Shown: positions 30,101-42,100 of the stretch, piece by piece
Position numbering within the stretch: position 1 is the stretch's first letter
How the letters are laid out: each line of letters opens with the position of its first letter
DNA from: Tubulanus polymorphus
Lineage: Eukaryota > Animalia > Nemertea
Reading direction: 5' to 3'
DNA length: 64,000 bases
NCBI RefSeq assembly: GCF_964204645.1
Contig: NC_134030.1
Coordinates: 9,327,222-9,391,221 of the forward strand
Position numbers and translations under genes: made by a program
The notes under the pieces: generated by a model
Database searches by the model: none
The model's input: the letters and a program-made list of their open reading frames with translations, nothing else
Told to the model about the DNA's origin: nothing

Positions 30101-33100
30101 ACAAACTTCACAAGGTGATTGTGGAACTCCACATGGTTGTGGTGAACCAACTGGTCAGCCAACTCAAGGTGACTGTGGAACTCCACATGGCTGTGGTGAA
30201 CCAACTGGTCAGCCAACTCAAGGAGACTGTGGAACTCCACATGGATGTGGTGAACCAACTGGTCAGCCGACACAAGGTGACTGTGGAACTCCACATGGAT
30301 GTGGTGAACCAACTGGTCAGCCAACTCAAGGTGACTGTGGAACTCCACATGGCTGCGGAGAGCCTACTGGACAACCTTCACAAGGTGATTGTGGAACTCC
30401 ACATGGCTGCGGAGAGCCTACTGGTCAGTCATCTCAAAGTGACTGTGGAACTCCACATGGATGTGGTGAACCCACTGGTCAGCAAACTCAAGGGGACTGT
30501 GGAACTCCGCATGGATGTGGAGAGCCTACTGGCCAAGAATCACATGAAAATGTTCCCTCAAGTAGTTGTGAACCGAATCCCATACAATCCCAAGACTTAG
30601 GTGAGTCAAGTGAAAAAAAGGGAGCTTCAGAAAGAACACCTTCAGCTAACCCCTCTACATCCAAGGCTTCTATGAGGCAGGATAAACTAATGGAAACAGA
30701 CGAGCCACATAAAACTGAAGGGATTTCCTCTATTTTAGATGTCGCTAGCAATGCAAGCCAACTACCCAGTAAGCAAGTTACGGAGGAAAGTCCTAACAGC
30801 GATAGTTCTCAGGCTACGCTTGTTGATCAGCCTATCAGCTCTGATGCGAATGATGTCCCATTGCCAACCGTGAAGACGGAGAAAGATGATTCGTTACTAG
30901 AAACTGGTGCTTGTAATATTAAACTTGAACCTGTTTCTACCACAGTCGCTGCGAGTTGTGGCCATTCGGTGCCAGTCATGCCAACTGGGAAAGTGATGTC
31001 TAACATCAAAGCAGAACCAGGGGAAGGTGGTAAGTATATTTTTACCCTATATCTTATTGTTTTCTGGTTATTTCAAACATCGGTTGTGATAGGCGTGCAT
31101 TGTATTTCAGGACAAACAACGCATGGACCATGTAGTGAAGAAGAAATGGAAGCTATTCGAAGTCAGAATGTCTTATTGAAACAATTATTAGCTATGCCTA
31201 ATCAAGAGATACCCGCAGGAATGCAATTACCACCAGGAGCTCTCCCGATGTCAACTACGACACCGCCACCACGCCCAAGTGGCACGCCGCCAGTTGCTAT
31301 GTCAATGGGTAATCTTGAAGGGCAGAATCTCCAACATTCGGTGCATATGCATCAACAAGTCCCGATATCTATGCCAGCTGGTATGCCGCCTGGAGGACCA
31401 GGAATGATGCCGCAGCATATGGGAATGCCACATCATCCCTCGAATATGCCTTTGCGACATCCGCAGATGCAGCCTATGCCACCGCCGTATCACGCGCACA
31501 TGGGTGGACAACCGCCGCAATCAATGGGCATGCCGCCAAGATCTCAGATGCAAATGAGCATGGGTCCGATGGGCCAGCACCCGGGTAATATGCCCCACCG
31601 TATGATGTACATGCATCAGTTACCTCCGCACATGCGTCATCCAAACCAAATGGAATTACGGCATCACATGGCGCAAATGGCGGCCCGACAGCCGATGCAC
31701 CATCCGGGGATGGGGCCTCCGCGTATGCACATGGGCATGCAAGGGCCGCCTCAGCAAATGATGCGCGGAATTCCGAGTCGGCCGAATCAACCGATGCCTC
31801 ACATGGGTCAAGTTCGAGCACCGACGAGTATTCCGCCGGTCGTATCGTCGAGCTCGCCGCAGCCTCAAGGGGCGATTAACTCGAACATGCCGCGTCGATC
31901 AACGCCTTCGCCGCACGCGATGGGTATGCAACACGGCTCGATGGGCCACATGATGATGTCTCCGACCGGACAGCCACCACGCGGAATGCCGCCCGGTTAC
32001 ATGCAAGGGCCGCCGACTAGTATGGCTCAACGACATTCACCGGTGAGCAGCGGTCAGAACCTTCCGCCGTCGACGTCTCACCCTCAGGCGGGGCCGCGAG
32101 GAATGCCTCGACCCATGAGGTACCCGCCGTCGAGTACACCGCCGGGAAACTCGCCGCCGGGGTTCCCGTTCATACGCGGGCAACCGCCAATCGCCCATGC
32201 GCACGCTCCTCGTCAGTCGTTGCCGCCGGGCCATCCGGGACATGGGCCTCCGTCGCGGCTACCGCCGTCTAGTCAATTCCAAACTCACATGGGCGACATG
32301 ATTCGTCTACCGCCTACAGGTCATCAGCCGATAAACCAAGGACATCCGCCGTCCAGTTCGCCTCAAATCGGAATCCCGCCGATCCGGATGCCCGAATCGA
32401 CATCACCTCAGAATCGAATGGGAATGATGCCCGCGGGCCTTACGTCGCCAATGGACCCGACCAAATCTCCGAGCGAACTGCATCCGGGGAAGATGTCGCC
32501 CATGCAGCAACAACAGCAGCAGCAACAACAACAACAACAACAGCAACAACAATCACCTCAAGGACTTCCTCGCGTGTCGATACCGATGGGTTTACCCGGG
32601 CAGACGACGCTGATGATGGTTCCGCGTCAGCCTAACCCGCAGCAACAAATCGGGCAACCGCAAACCGGTATGGGTATACCGAAAACGCCGCCGAACATGG
32701 GCGGTCTCAGTCCCGTGATATCGCCGCACGGAATGACGGCGATGATGCCACCCAGTCTACCGACACCGCCTAGTGGCGGACGCGTCGGTTTATCGCCTCA
32801 ACAGAGATTATCACGCCCGCCGTCACGAGTGGTATGTGTAAAAAACATTTCGGCAATTTTTTCTGGTTATAACTTGAAAATTAATAATGTAACGTTCACA
32901 TTTTTTTTTTACAGGAGGGAGAAGACGATCTGACGCCGGTTTCGTTGACGCCGGAACAACAGCGACAACTAGCGCTAATCGACAGCATGCCGCTGACGAT
33001 GGAGTTGGACATGTCGCCCGACGAATGGGCCGCGAAATCATCCGAGGAAAAGGAACGAATAATCGGTATGTGGAGACAGGGTAATGTTTAACTTTATCAT

Positions 33101-36100
33101 TCTCTGCATGTGCTGGTTAAGTATTATACACGAGCATATTCTACTATTCAACAGACACGCGCAAAGATTCGTGTCAAAGATACGTTGAACTGAAACGCAA
33201 ATCCATGTTTTTATTTGGAAATACTTAACAAAACAAAAACAAAATACTGAATACTTTAAGTTGAATACTTGACTGAATATATGTCAATCACGAATTACTT
33301 TGAATGTTTTTATTTTTATGAAAGATTAATTGAAAACTGCTCCTGCTCATTCTGATAGCGGTATTCATTGAAATTAGAAATAGTATCGTGCCAAATCTAG
33401 TTTTATTCTCAAATTCATGTTTTTATTCGGAAATACCTTTGAAATATTTAACGGAAAAAAAGAAAACAGTGGTTGAATACTCGACTGAATATGTGTACGT
33501 AATCATGCATTCCTTCGAATGTATTTTATGAAAGATGAAAACAGCTCCGGCTCATTCTGAAACCAGTATTGATTGAATTTAGAAAAGGTTTTATGCAAGT
33601 GTCAATATACAGCTTGATACTACGTATTTCTTCACTTTATTTGGTCAAATCTTGGCAATGTGATCTTACTAGTGTCATATTGTGAAATGTCTAATGTAAA
33701 TTGGGGGCGGCATCGTTTTATCAAGCTGACCGCAAATGTGTTAACTGAGTTACTGATCCCTGAGAGGTTTATGGAAGGTTGAGGAATGGGATTCCTGAGC
33801 GAATAAGTGCATACATTTTCAGAAATGAAGCGCCAAGAATTCGAACGTCGACGCAAAGAAGTCGAAGATGCCGCGCGCAAGGACAAAAAACCGAAGCAGA
33901 CTCGACGCAAGAAGAAGGACGCTGGCGGCGACAAGGACGGGCCGCCGAAAAAACGTTCGCGCAAGAAAAACGCGACGGAAGATTTTGACATGTACGTCGA
34001 CAACATGCTACAGCAGTTGCGACGCATGCCGATGGTTCCATTACAAGAGCCGATTATACAGATTAATTGGTCGTTGTGTCCGATTACTGGATCTGGTGAT
34101 TTTCACGGTGAGCGACTTCTTCTCATTGTCCGTGATGTGTTTTCTTATGCATTCCGCGAACATTGTCTGTTCAAGTAAATACTACAATTGAGTACAGACC
34201 TATTCACTTACCTGGAAAACCTGGAAAACTCAGGGAATCAAAAAATCTAGAAGAAAATCTGGGACAACTAAGGGGATTTTAATGAATAATACCGAAAACC
34301 TTAAAAAAAATTTAAAAATCTAATTTTACCAAAAAACTGGAAAACTCGGATAATGCTATTGATTACCTGCTTCCCAATCAATATGTGAGTCAATGGAAAA
34401 TGAATGATATGTAACATTTTAAACCTAGAAATTTCTCTGATTCACTCATGGAAAAATCAGGGAAAACTAAAGGGCTTTTCTAATAGGGTAGAAAGTAGCC
34501 GCAGGATTCTTATGGTTCGTTTGAAATAAATACACCTGGTGTGAAAGTTAAGAAAAGAATTTTTAAGATCTGCTCATTCAAAGGAAAAATCTGTTAATGT
34601 TACGAACTAAAATGTTGATTCATCGAAGATGAAGTTGGGATCGCATAGCGTGTAGACCATCGTACTCATTGAACATGAACGTATTTGCTTATCTATGCAG
34701 AGGCGAGCCCGCTACGAGGACAGTTTGGTGTAGCTGAGGCAGAAACGCATGCACCGATCTACAACGTACCGCCATTCGGACCGAAACCAGCGACACCAAT
34801 ACCTCCTCCACCACCTCCTCCTCCACCTCCACCTCCGATGATGAGAGCGACGCCGCCTCCACCGTACCCTGGACTCACTGCAACAGGTATATTTCATTGC
34901 TTCTAATGTTTTCGTTGAAAAGTCTATTGGCTGAATTAGTCGTTTGAAATCGGGCTGCGGTCTCGATTTCAGTAAAAAATTGGTGTTACGATTAGTTATG
35001 GAATTATAAGACTTGTCTAAGCCTTGATTGCACGACTGGCCTCTGGGCTCATGTACTAGTTCATACCTGAGGTTGAGTTCATCGTTTAAGCTGGACTGGG
35101 TCAAATACATCAATCTTAAGCCTGGTTTCATATGCTCGATGTCGGTATTTTTTGTACGATGTAAAATCATTTTTTCAGGTGATCCGCCAATACAGCAACC
35201 AATCCCCATTCAGCCGAGCGCTTCAACTGCTGTCATACCGCCATCACCTGAAATAGAGCCAGCTACCGTCGCTATGGCAGACGGTAAACCGCCCGAGTTA
35301 TCGGCGCAGCAAAGAATACTGTTAGGAGTCCAACGACCGAAAACACCTCAGCTACCTCCGCCGCCTCTTATTGAGCCGAGGACTATGAACTCGAGGTTTG
35401 TCTCGTTCTCAGTAGTCGATACTGAATAGAATACTTCATAATTCGCAATCGAATTCTTAAGATATAATGTTGAAATTTTCAATGAATTTTGTGTGTCTAT
35501 CGCTGAGAAGATACCTTTATAGCAGTCCTTGAAGGTCTACAAAAGTTTTGAAATCGGAATGGGTCAATTCAAGGCCTTGAGTATCATGGAATGGGCTTTA
35601 GAATTCCTAGATAATTGTCGTGGTCCTTGAATGGCATCAGTCATTAGTAATCATCTGCAAATCCAAGTTCACAGTTACAGCTCTTAAAATCTACTGAGTA
35701 GATAAAAATGCCTTAAGAATGTAGATTTCAGGATTACTGGGCTTAAGTATGATGATTGTATTTAAGTCATGGAATTGGAGTCGAAAAAGTCATTAAATGA
35801 GATCGGTCGTGGACACTATGATGAACCCTGCACCCGATATGTAAATTGATAGTTTTTCGTTTGTTTCGACAGATTGAGTATGACGAGCACACCGGACAGC
35901 ATCGTATCGTCGTCGAGTCCCGAGTGTATGTTCGGCGAGAAACCGACGACGACGAAATACCCGGCGCTGATGAAGGTCATAAAAGAGGAACCGAATGGCG
36001 ACGAGGGTGACGCGACGACTGAGGACGATCGAGTGTCGCCGGCTGTGCCGATTCTAGCTCCGATTCCGATCAGACGTAAGTAATAATGGGAACAATGTCG

Positions 36101-39100
36101 ATAATAGCGCCCTGAAATGGGATGCCAAATACCTTCTTCTCGATATTGTGATTAGTTGTCCGGGTTGCGACTTAACCTGGAAATCAGGGAAGTCAGGGAA
36201 TTTCTTTTCTTTAAGTGAAACTCAGGGAATGGTCAAAGAATTTTGTAAAAAAGTTTATAATGTCAGGGAAATTTGTTGAGATTGCTAAATCGCGCGTAAA
36301 ATCAAACAGTTTCCGTCTGTCTTATGTCTGCGGCTGTTTCCATCTATGTCTTTTATCTTTGACTGTGTCCCATGTCTTACGTCTTATGACTTTGTGAATT
36401 GATTGAATTTTGATCAGATCGGTCAAATCAGATCGAAACAACGTACATGTCGGGGAATAGTCTGGGAAAAAGCAAATCAGATAAAATAGCCACCCTGATG
36501 GACGTTTTTCTTGTGTTTTTTCGATAGCAAAACCTGTCAAACTGGAAGAAAAGAAAAAAGATGAGACATCCGAATTGGAACAACTTCTCATCAAGGTATA
36601 TATAGTAGTATACCGTTAAAACTGGCGTATAAGTCTACGCGACGTATAAGTCGAGGTTGATTTTTAGACCTACATTTCATGATTTTAGCATATATCCGGC
36701 TTATAAGTCGAGTCCCTTCTCTTAGAAGAATAATTACTGTATTGAATAGTTTGTTTTGATAACGATGTGCGCCTTCACGCATGCGGCCGCGCGTCAGCCT
36801 GATTGCTGCTGTGTGTTAATCAATAGACTGTTACACACACACTCAGGTATAATACACTACCATACAGTGATAGAGTAGTGTGAGTCACACGCTATATAGA
36901 GCCTAATGTATTAAGCGCTGCTATGAGCGCGCATATATGAATACATCGTTTTAAATGAAGCTATGTCAAAATGAAAGAAGTTTTTTTCATTAAATAACTT
37001 TATTTATCATGAATAATTATTCAAACTGTTATAGCAGTAAGAAGATGAACACTGTCTTTTTTGTCTGGTAGAATCAATATTTCTTGTGACCTGAAAATAC
37101 TTAGTAGAAAACTGTACTCGGCGTATAAGTCGAGGTCAATAATTTAGTGGTAAAATCAAGGGTTAAAAACTCGACTTATACGCCAGTTTTTACGGTAGTT
37201 GACTAACCGGTATTTGTTTTGTGGCACATTACATTTAGATAATTACCTGTGGGTCGAAATGAATTATTGAGCTCACGATTACTACTTTTTCTTCCTCAGG
37301 AAAAGGAGAACCTTGGCGCGGGTATTCTCGGCGACGAACTCGCCACGACGAAGAAGATCTCGCCGCTTATCTCGGCGTTCAGCAAGCCGCTTAAAGATAC
37401 GTCGTATCTCGAAAATCAGGTGTCGGTAACGTTGACGCTTTCGTCCGGCGCCGCCGAGGATATCAACGGTGTCCTGTCGGCCATTGCGAACTTGCTGAAA
37501 ATCACGATCCCGACGTCGTACGAAATCGATCGCAGCCCGACGCCGGATCCGATGAGCGATCCGTCGTCATTCATCATGGGACAAACGCCCAAACGTAGAT
37601 GTGAGTTTTCACCATGTTACCCGAATGATATGAAATCAAACCGTCGTTTGATAATGTACAGTTTTCATATGCCCTCTCCTATTCTGGAATAACCAGAATG
37701 CGCTCACTCAGTCGAGATTACCATTACTATGTCACCAGACACATCCGCTGTTTACTATGCCCACAAGTTGTCAGACCTTCGTTAGGTACCGACACTGGCC
37801 ACTGAGCGACTCTTACAACAGCAAAAATCAGAAGTTTCACAATTAGCTTATCGAAACAACAGCGCACACCTTATTGAGGTGTCTCACAAGCCCAGATTTG
37901 GTATTTCCGTCGAGTACTGTACCCTTTCCTATGGTTTTTGCCAATATTTTCTAAATTTGGATTTATCGCCAATGGTTTTTCTATACGACCCGGCCCTGCG
38001 GTATTGCATTTAGCCACCGGCGAAATCCGCCATCTTTTTTCTTGGCGTTCTCGCAGTAGAACGCGTTGGATTTTTTCGCCGTAAAAATCTGGGAATTAGG
38101 ATATTAGGGAGTTTTCACTCTCGTAACGGTGAGCCTGATTTCTTTTTTTCCGTAAGAATTTTATTTACAAATATAATTTGATTGAATTGAATTGAATTGT
38201 TTTGATTTGTAACAGGATAATTATGCCACCCCCTCCTAAGGGTCAGCATCGTGGCGGGGAGGGATGCGGGCATTTGTTTGGCGCCTGGGACAACCACGAT
38301 TCATGTGCGTCGTGCAGGCGCAAATCCGGTCAAATATGTGCAAGGAGCAATCCTTGTAATATTTGCGTCGTGTGGTCCGAGGACCTTTGGCTTCGGGCCG
38401 ATAAGGCTCTTAAACTAAGAGATCGTCGTCGAGTTAGCAGGGATTCGTCGGTTTCGGCCGATGTGCCAACCGACGTTTCTAATCCTGTTTCTTATCGTAA
38501 AGCGGAGCGGTCGCCGGTCGTTCAGGTACGATCGGCTTCCCAACTCCGTTCACCGGGGAGGAACGCTGGTTCACCGGCACCGGTCTCCGGTCATTCACCG
38601 GTCTCTGGTCGTTCACCGGTTCGGCCGGTTCGGCCGGTTCAGACTACATGTTCAGAACCGAGCGCGCGCCGCGGTAGTCGCGAACGGCCCGCACCGGTTC
38701 GGTCGGTACCGGTCCGGTCCGGGTCGGGCATCGGTCCGGTTCGGCCACCGGTCCGGTCCAGACGTCGTCCGGTTCAAACCATCCGGTACGGTCATCGTCT
38801 GATTCTGATCGTCGCTCCGGGGATAGAGCTCGCTCTCCCACTAGATTTAGACGCCGTGAGCGTAATAAACGAGCAAGATCTCCTTCTCGCAGATCAAGGT
38901 TTGATCGCGAGAGGGACTACGATCGTTATTGTCGGAAGTTTCGCCGTCGGTCTTCTCATCGTTCGTCGACGTCGGTTAGCGATGAAAGCAATTCTTCTAG
39001 TAGGTCGCGATCCCTTTCGAGGGACCGTCACCGAAATCGGCATGATCGTCGGGATACTGGAAAATACCTGACTCAGAAGGATTTCCATGTATTTGAGGAA

Positions 39101-42100
39101 AAAATTTTATCAACTTGTTATCTTCGTCGCAACAAGTCGCTGCAACTTCTACAACAGGTAAGCCTATTCCTGATTGTCCGGTTAGAAGTTCGCCAGCCCA
39201 CTCAGTTTTTCGGAATTCTGACTCTGAATTCCTGGATGCTGCGGTAGGGTCTGATTTCAATGAGGATCCGGTCCCAGAGGCGGCAATTCCTTCTGGGGTC
39301 GTTCCTGTCGCAAGCAATTGTGGGTTGCCCCAGACGATGGGGGCTTCCCTGGCTCGCAATGTATCTCCGTCCCGTTCAGTATTATACGAACCAGCGGGGG
39401 ACATGCCATTTAGAGCGATGATAAGTGAGTTCTTTGTCAAGCACGAGGCAACTCGCGCTAAGCCCACAGCAGCTCCTCTGGTCGGTGAGTCAATGGAAGC
39501 TTATCGCCCTCCGGACTCCGATCTTAACGTTTTACGGGAATCGTCAGCGGTTTCGAGAGAATGGGCTCGATTGGATACGCAATTATGGGGTGAATGTCGG
39601 CCTGGAACTTTTTCATTTCCCCCTCCAGAACGGGGTATGAAATCTGGGAAATATTTTAGTTCAACCGATCCACCTATAGGCGCATTTCGCTCGGCGTATT
39701 ACGCAACTCCAGGTGCTGTGGATCACAGTCATAACTGCCTGGATGCTGATTATACTTTGATCAGCCCGGATACTGTTACAGCACAGTCGGGTATTCGTTT
39801 GCCTAAGTCCGGTTTGGTGGCCATGACGTCAATCCTGGACAATCTTACCAGGGTTGGTTCGTTTCAAGATATGGCACTTAAGGTGTTGACGGGTGAGCTT
39901 CGCGAGACTCACGCCGCCGTTCATGCGGGCTCCGACCCAGAGTCAGTTGCCCTAAAACTGGAGGGAATGGACCGGATTATCCAATCTTTGGCTCGGTCTG
40001 TTTCGCATGTAATTCCGTTGTCGGTTCGGGGTCAGGCTAATCTGGTGTTAGCCTCCCGTCAGTCAGTGATGGACTCCAGTGCCAAAACTCGTCTACCGGA
40101 TATGGTGTCCAATGCTTTGCTGAGAGCCCCATTGGGGACGTCTTCACGTCTCTACTCCGGTTGGTGCGCTCCGGTTTCCGCAGAGCTGAGGAAGATTCGG
40201 GAGGTTCAGGCCAAGTCCAACCCCCGAACTCCGTGGAAAAAGCGTTCTGGTCCGACGCCGGCGGCGCAAGGTTCGGCACGGACGCAAACAGGACCATCTC
40301 AAACTTCAGCGCTTTCTCAGGCGGCTTCGGATGCCGGTTGGAGAACTAGCGCGCAACTTCAACAATCGTGTCAAGCCTCGTCCGGTCGTAACAGTTCCGG
40401 TTCGTATCGAGGCAAGGGGAAGGCTCCAAAAAGGGGCTCTTCCTTTCGGAAAAACTCGAAATGAATTCTTGGGACCAGTGGGAGGTTGTCTGCAGCAGGC
40501 AGCAACCCACTGGTCCGACCTCTTTGGAGACGGTTGGCCCTCCCGGGTCGTCTCTCGGGGCTACCGTCTCCGTTTCCTAAGGCGACCGCGCCTGATGAGG
40601 TCACCTCCCGACATGCGGCCAAAACCAGGTCAGGAGGCCTTAATCTCTCCGGCTCTCAAGGAACTGGCAGAGAAGGGAGCGATAGAACCAGTTTGCAACG
40701 AAACTTCTCCCGGCTGGTTTTCTCGAATATTCATGGTACCAAAGGCCACAGGGGGTCAACGGACAGTGATAGATCTGTCATCCCTCAATCGGCACCTAGA
40801 CATTCCAAGGTTCCGGATGACCAAGCCCAAGGACGTGATTCAAGGGCTCTGTCCGGGTCAATGGGCGGCTTCATTGGACCTGAAAGACGCTTACTTTCAG
40901 GTTCCAATTCACCCAAAATCTCGGCGATTTCTCAGGATAAAGTGGAAAGGCTGCCAGTTCCAATTCAGGTCTCTTCCATTTGGCCTCAGTACGGCCCCGT
41001 GGGTTTTCACCAAGTTGGTCAAGTCAGTTCAGAAGGTACTTCAGTCAAGGGGTGTTCGACTGTTCGTTTACCTCGACGACTGGTTAATAGTCGCGAATTC
41101 GGCTCAGGAATGTCGGGAGGCAATGACCTCAGTCTTGGACTTAGTCCATCAGCTAGGGTTCCGCGTAAACAGGGAAAAATCTCAGTTGACGCCGGCCCAA
41201 CAGTTCACTTATCTCGGCATGGACTTCGATCTCCGAATCGGCAAAGTCTTTCCGTCTATGGTTCGAGTGGCCAAACTTCAAGAAGCTGTAGCGGGAGTGT
41301 CCACAACCCCGAGAACAGCTCGTTACTGGTCACGGCTTCTAGGCTCCATCAGCTCCATGGGTATGGTGGTGCCCTTAGGCCGCCTCAGAAGCAGGCGCTT
41401 GCAACAATATTGGAAGGTCTTCTGGTCTCAGTCGAAGGGCAACTGGGAGGCCTTGATTCCCGTACCTCCAACCGATCTAAGTCCGGATCTTCAGTGGTGG
41501 GCGGCCACTACGAATCTTCGGCTCGGGGTGTCACTAGCCCCGTTAGAGGCTCCAGTTCGTGTATTCACGGATGCCAGTCACCAAGGTTGGGGGGCACATC
41601 TGGAGAACCGAGTCAAAGCCGGGAAATGGTCTCGCTACGAGGCCACCAACCACATAAATTTCCTAGAAATGCTGGCCGTGTGGAAGGCCCTGAAGTTCTT
41701 TCACAGGAGAGTGGAGGGCCACCACGTTTGGTTAGCCACAGACAATTCAACAGTGAGGGCTTACCTTCAGAACCAAGGGGGCACTCACTCAGAAACCCTC
41801 ACAGGTCTGTCGGCCAAAATTCTTCTTTGGTGCCAGACAAAGGGCGTGTCCCTGACTGTGGCACATTTAGCAGGGAAAAGGAACGTGATGGCCGATGCTC
41901 TGTCTCGTCGAGGTCAGGCTATTGCGACAGAATGGGTTCTCCACCAAGAAGTAGCCGATCGGGTTCGGGGCATTTTTGGCAATCCGCTGCTGGATCTGTT
42001 TGCCACCCGGTTCAATCGGAGGTGTCCTCTGTTTGTGTCCCCGTTTCCAGACGCGGAAGCGTGGGGGGTCGATGCCTTCTCTCTGGACTGGTCGGGGATG

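Noticed and set aside
29244-30539. CRISPR-like array
   Set aside because: Contiguous 54-nt units with no unique spacers, in frame within a eukaryotic exon, and no cas genes.
29197-30600. Independent genes in the alternative frames of the repeat (467-aa + ORF, 300-aa - ORF)
   Set aside because: Expected by-product of a 3n-length repeat lacking stops; substitutions are synonymous in the KMT2C/D frame.
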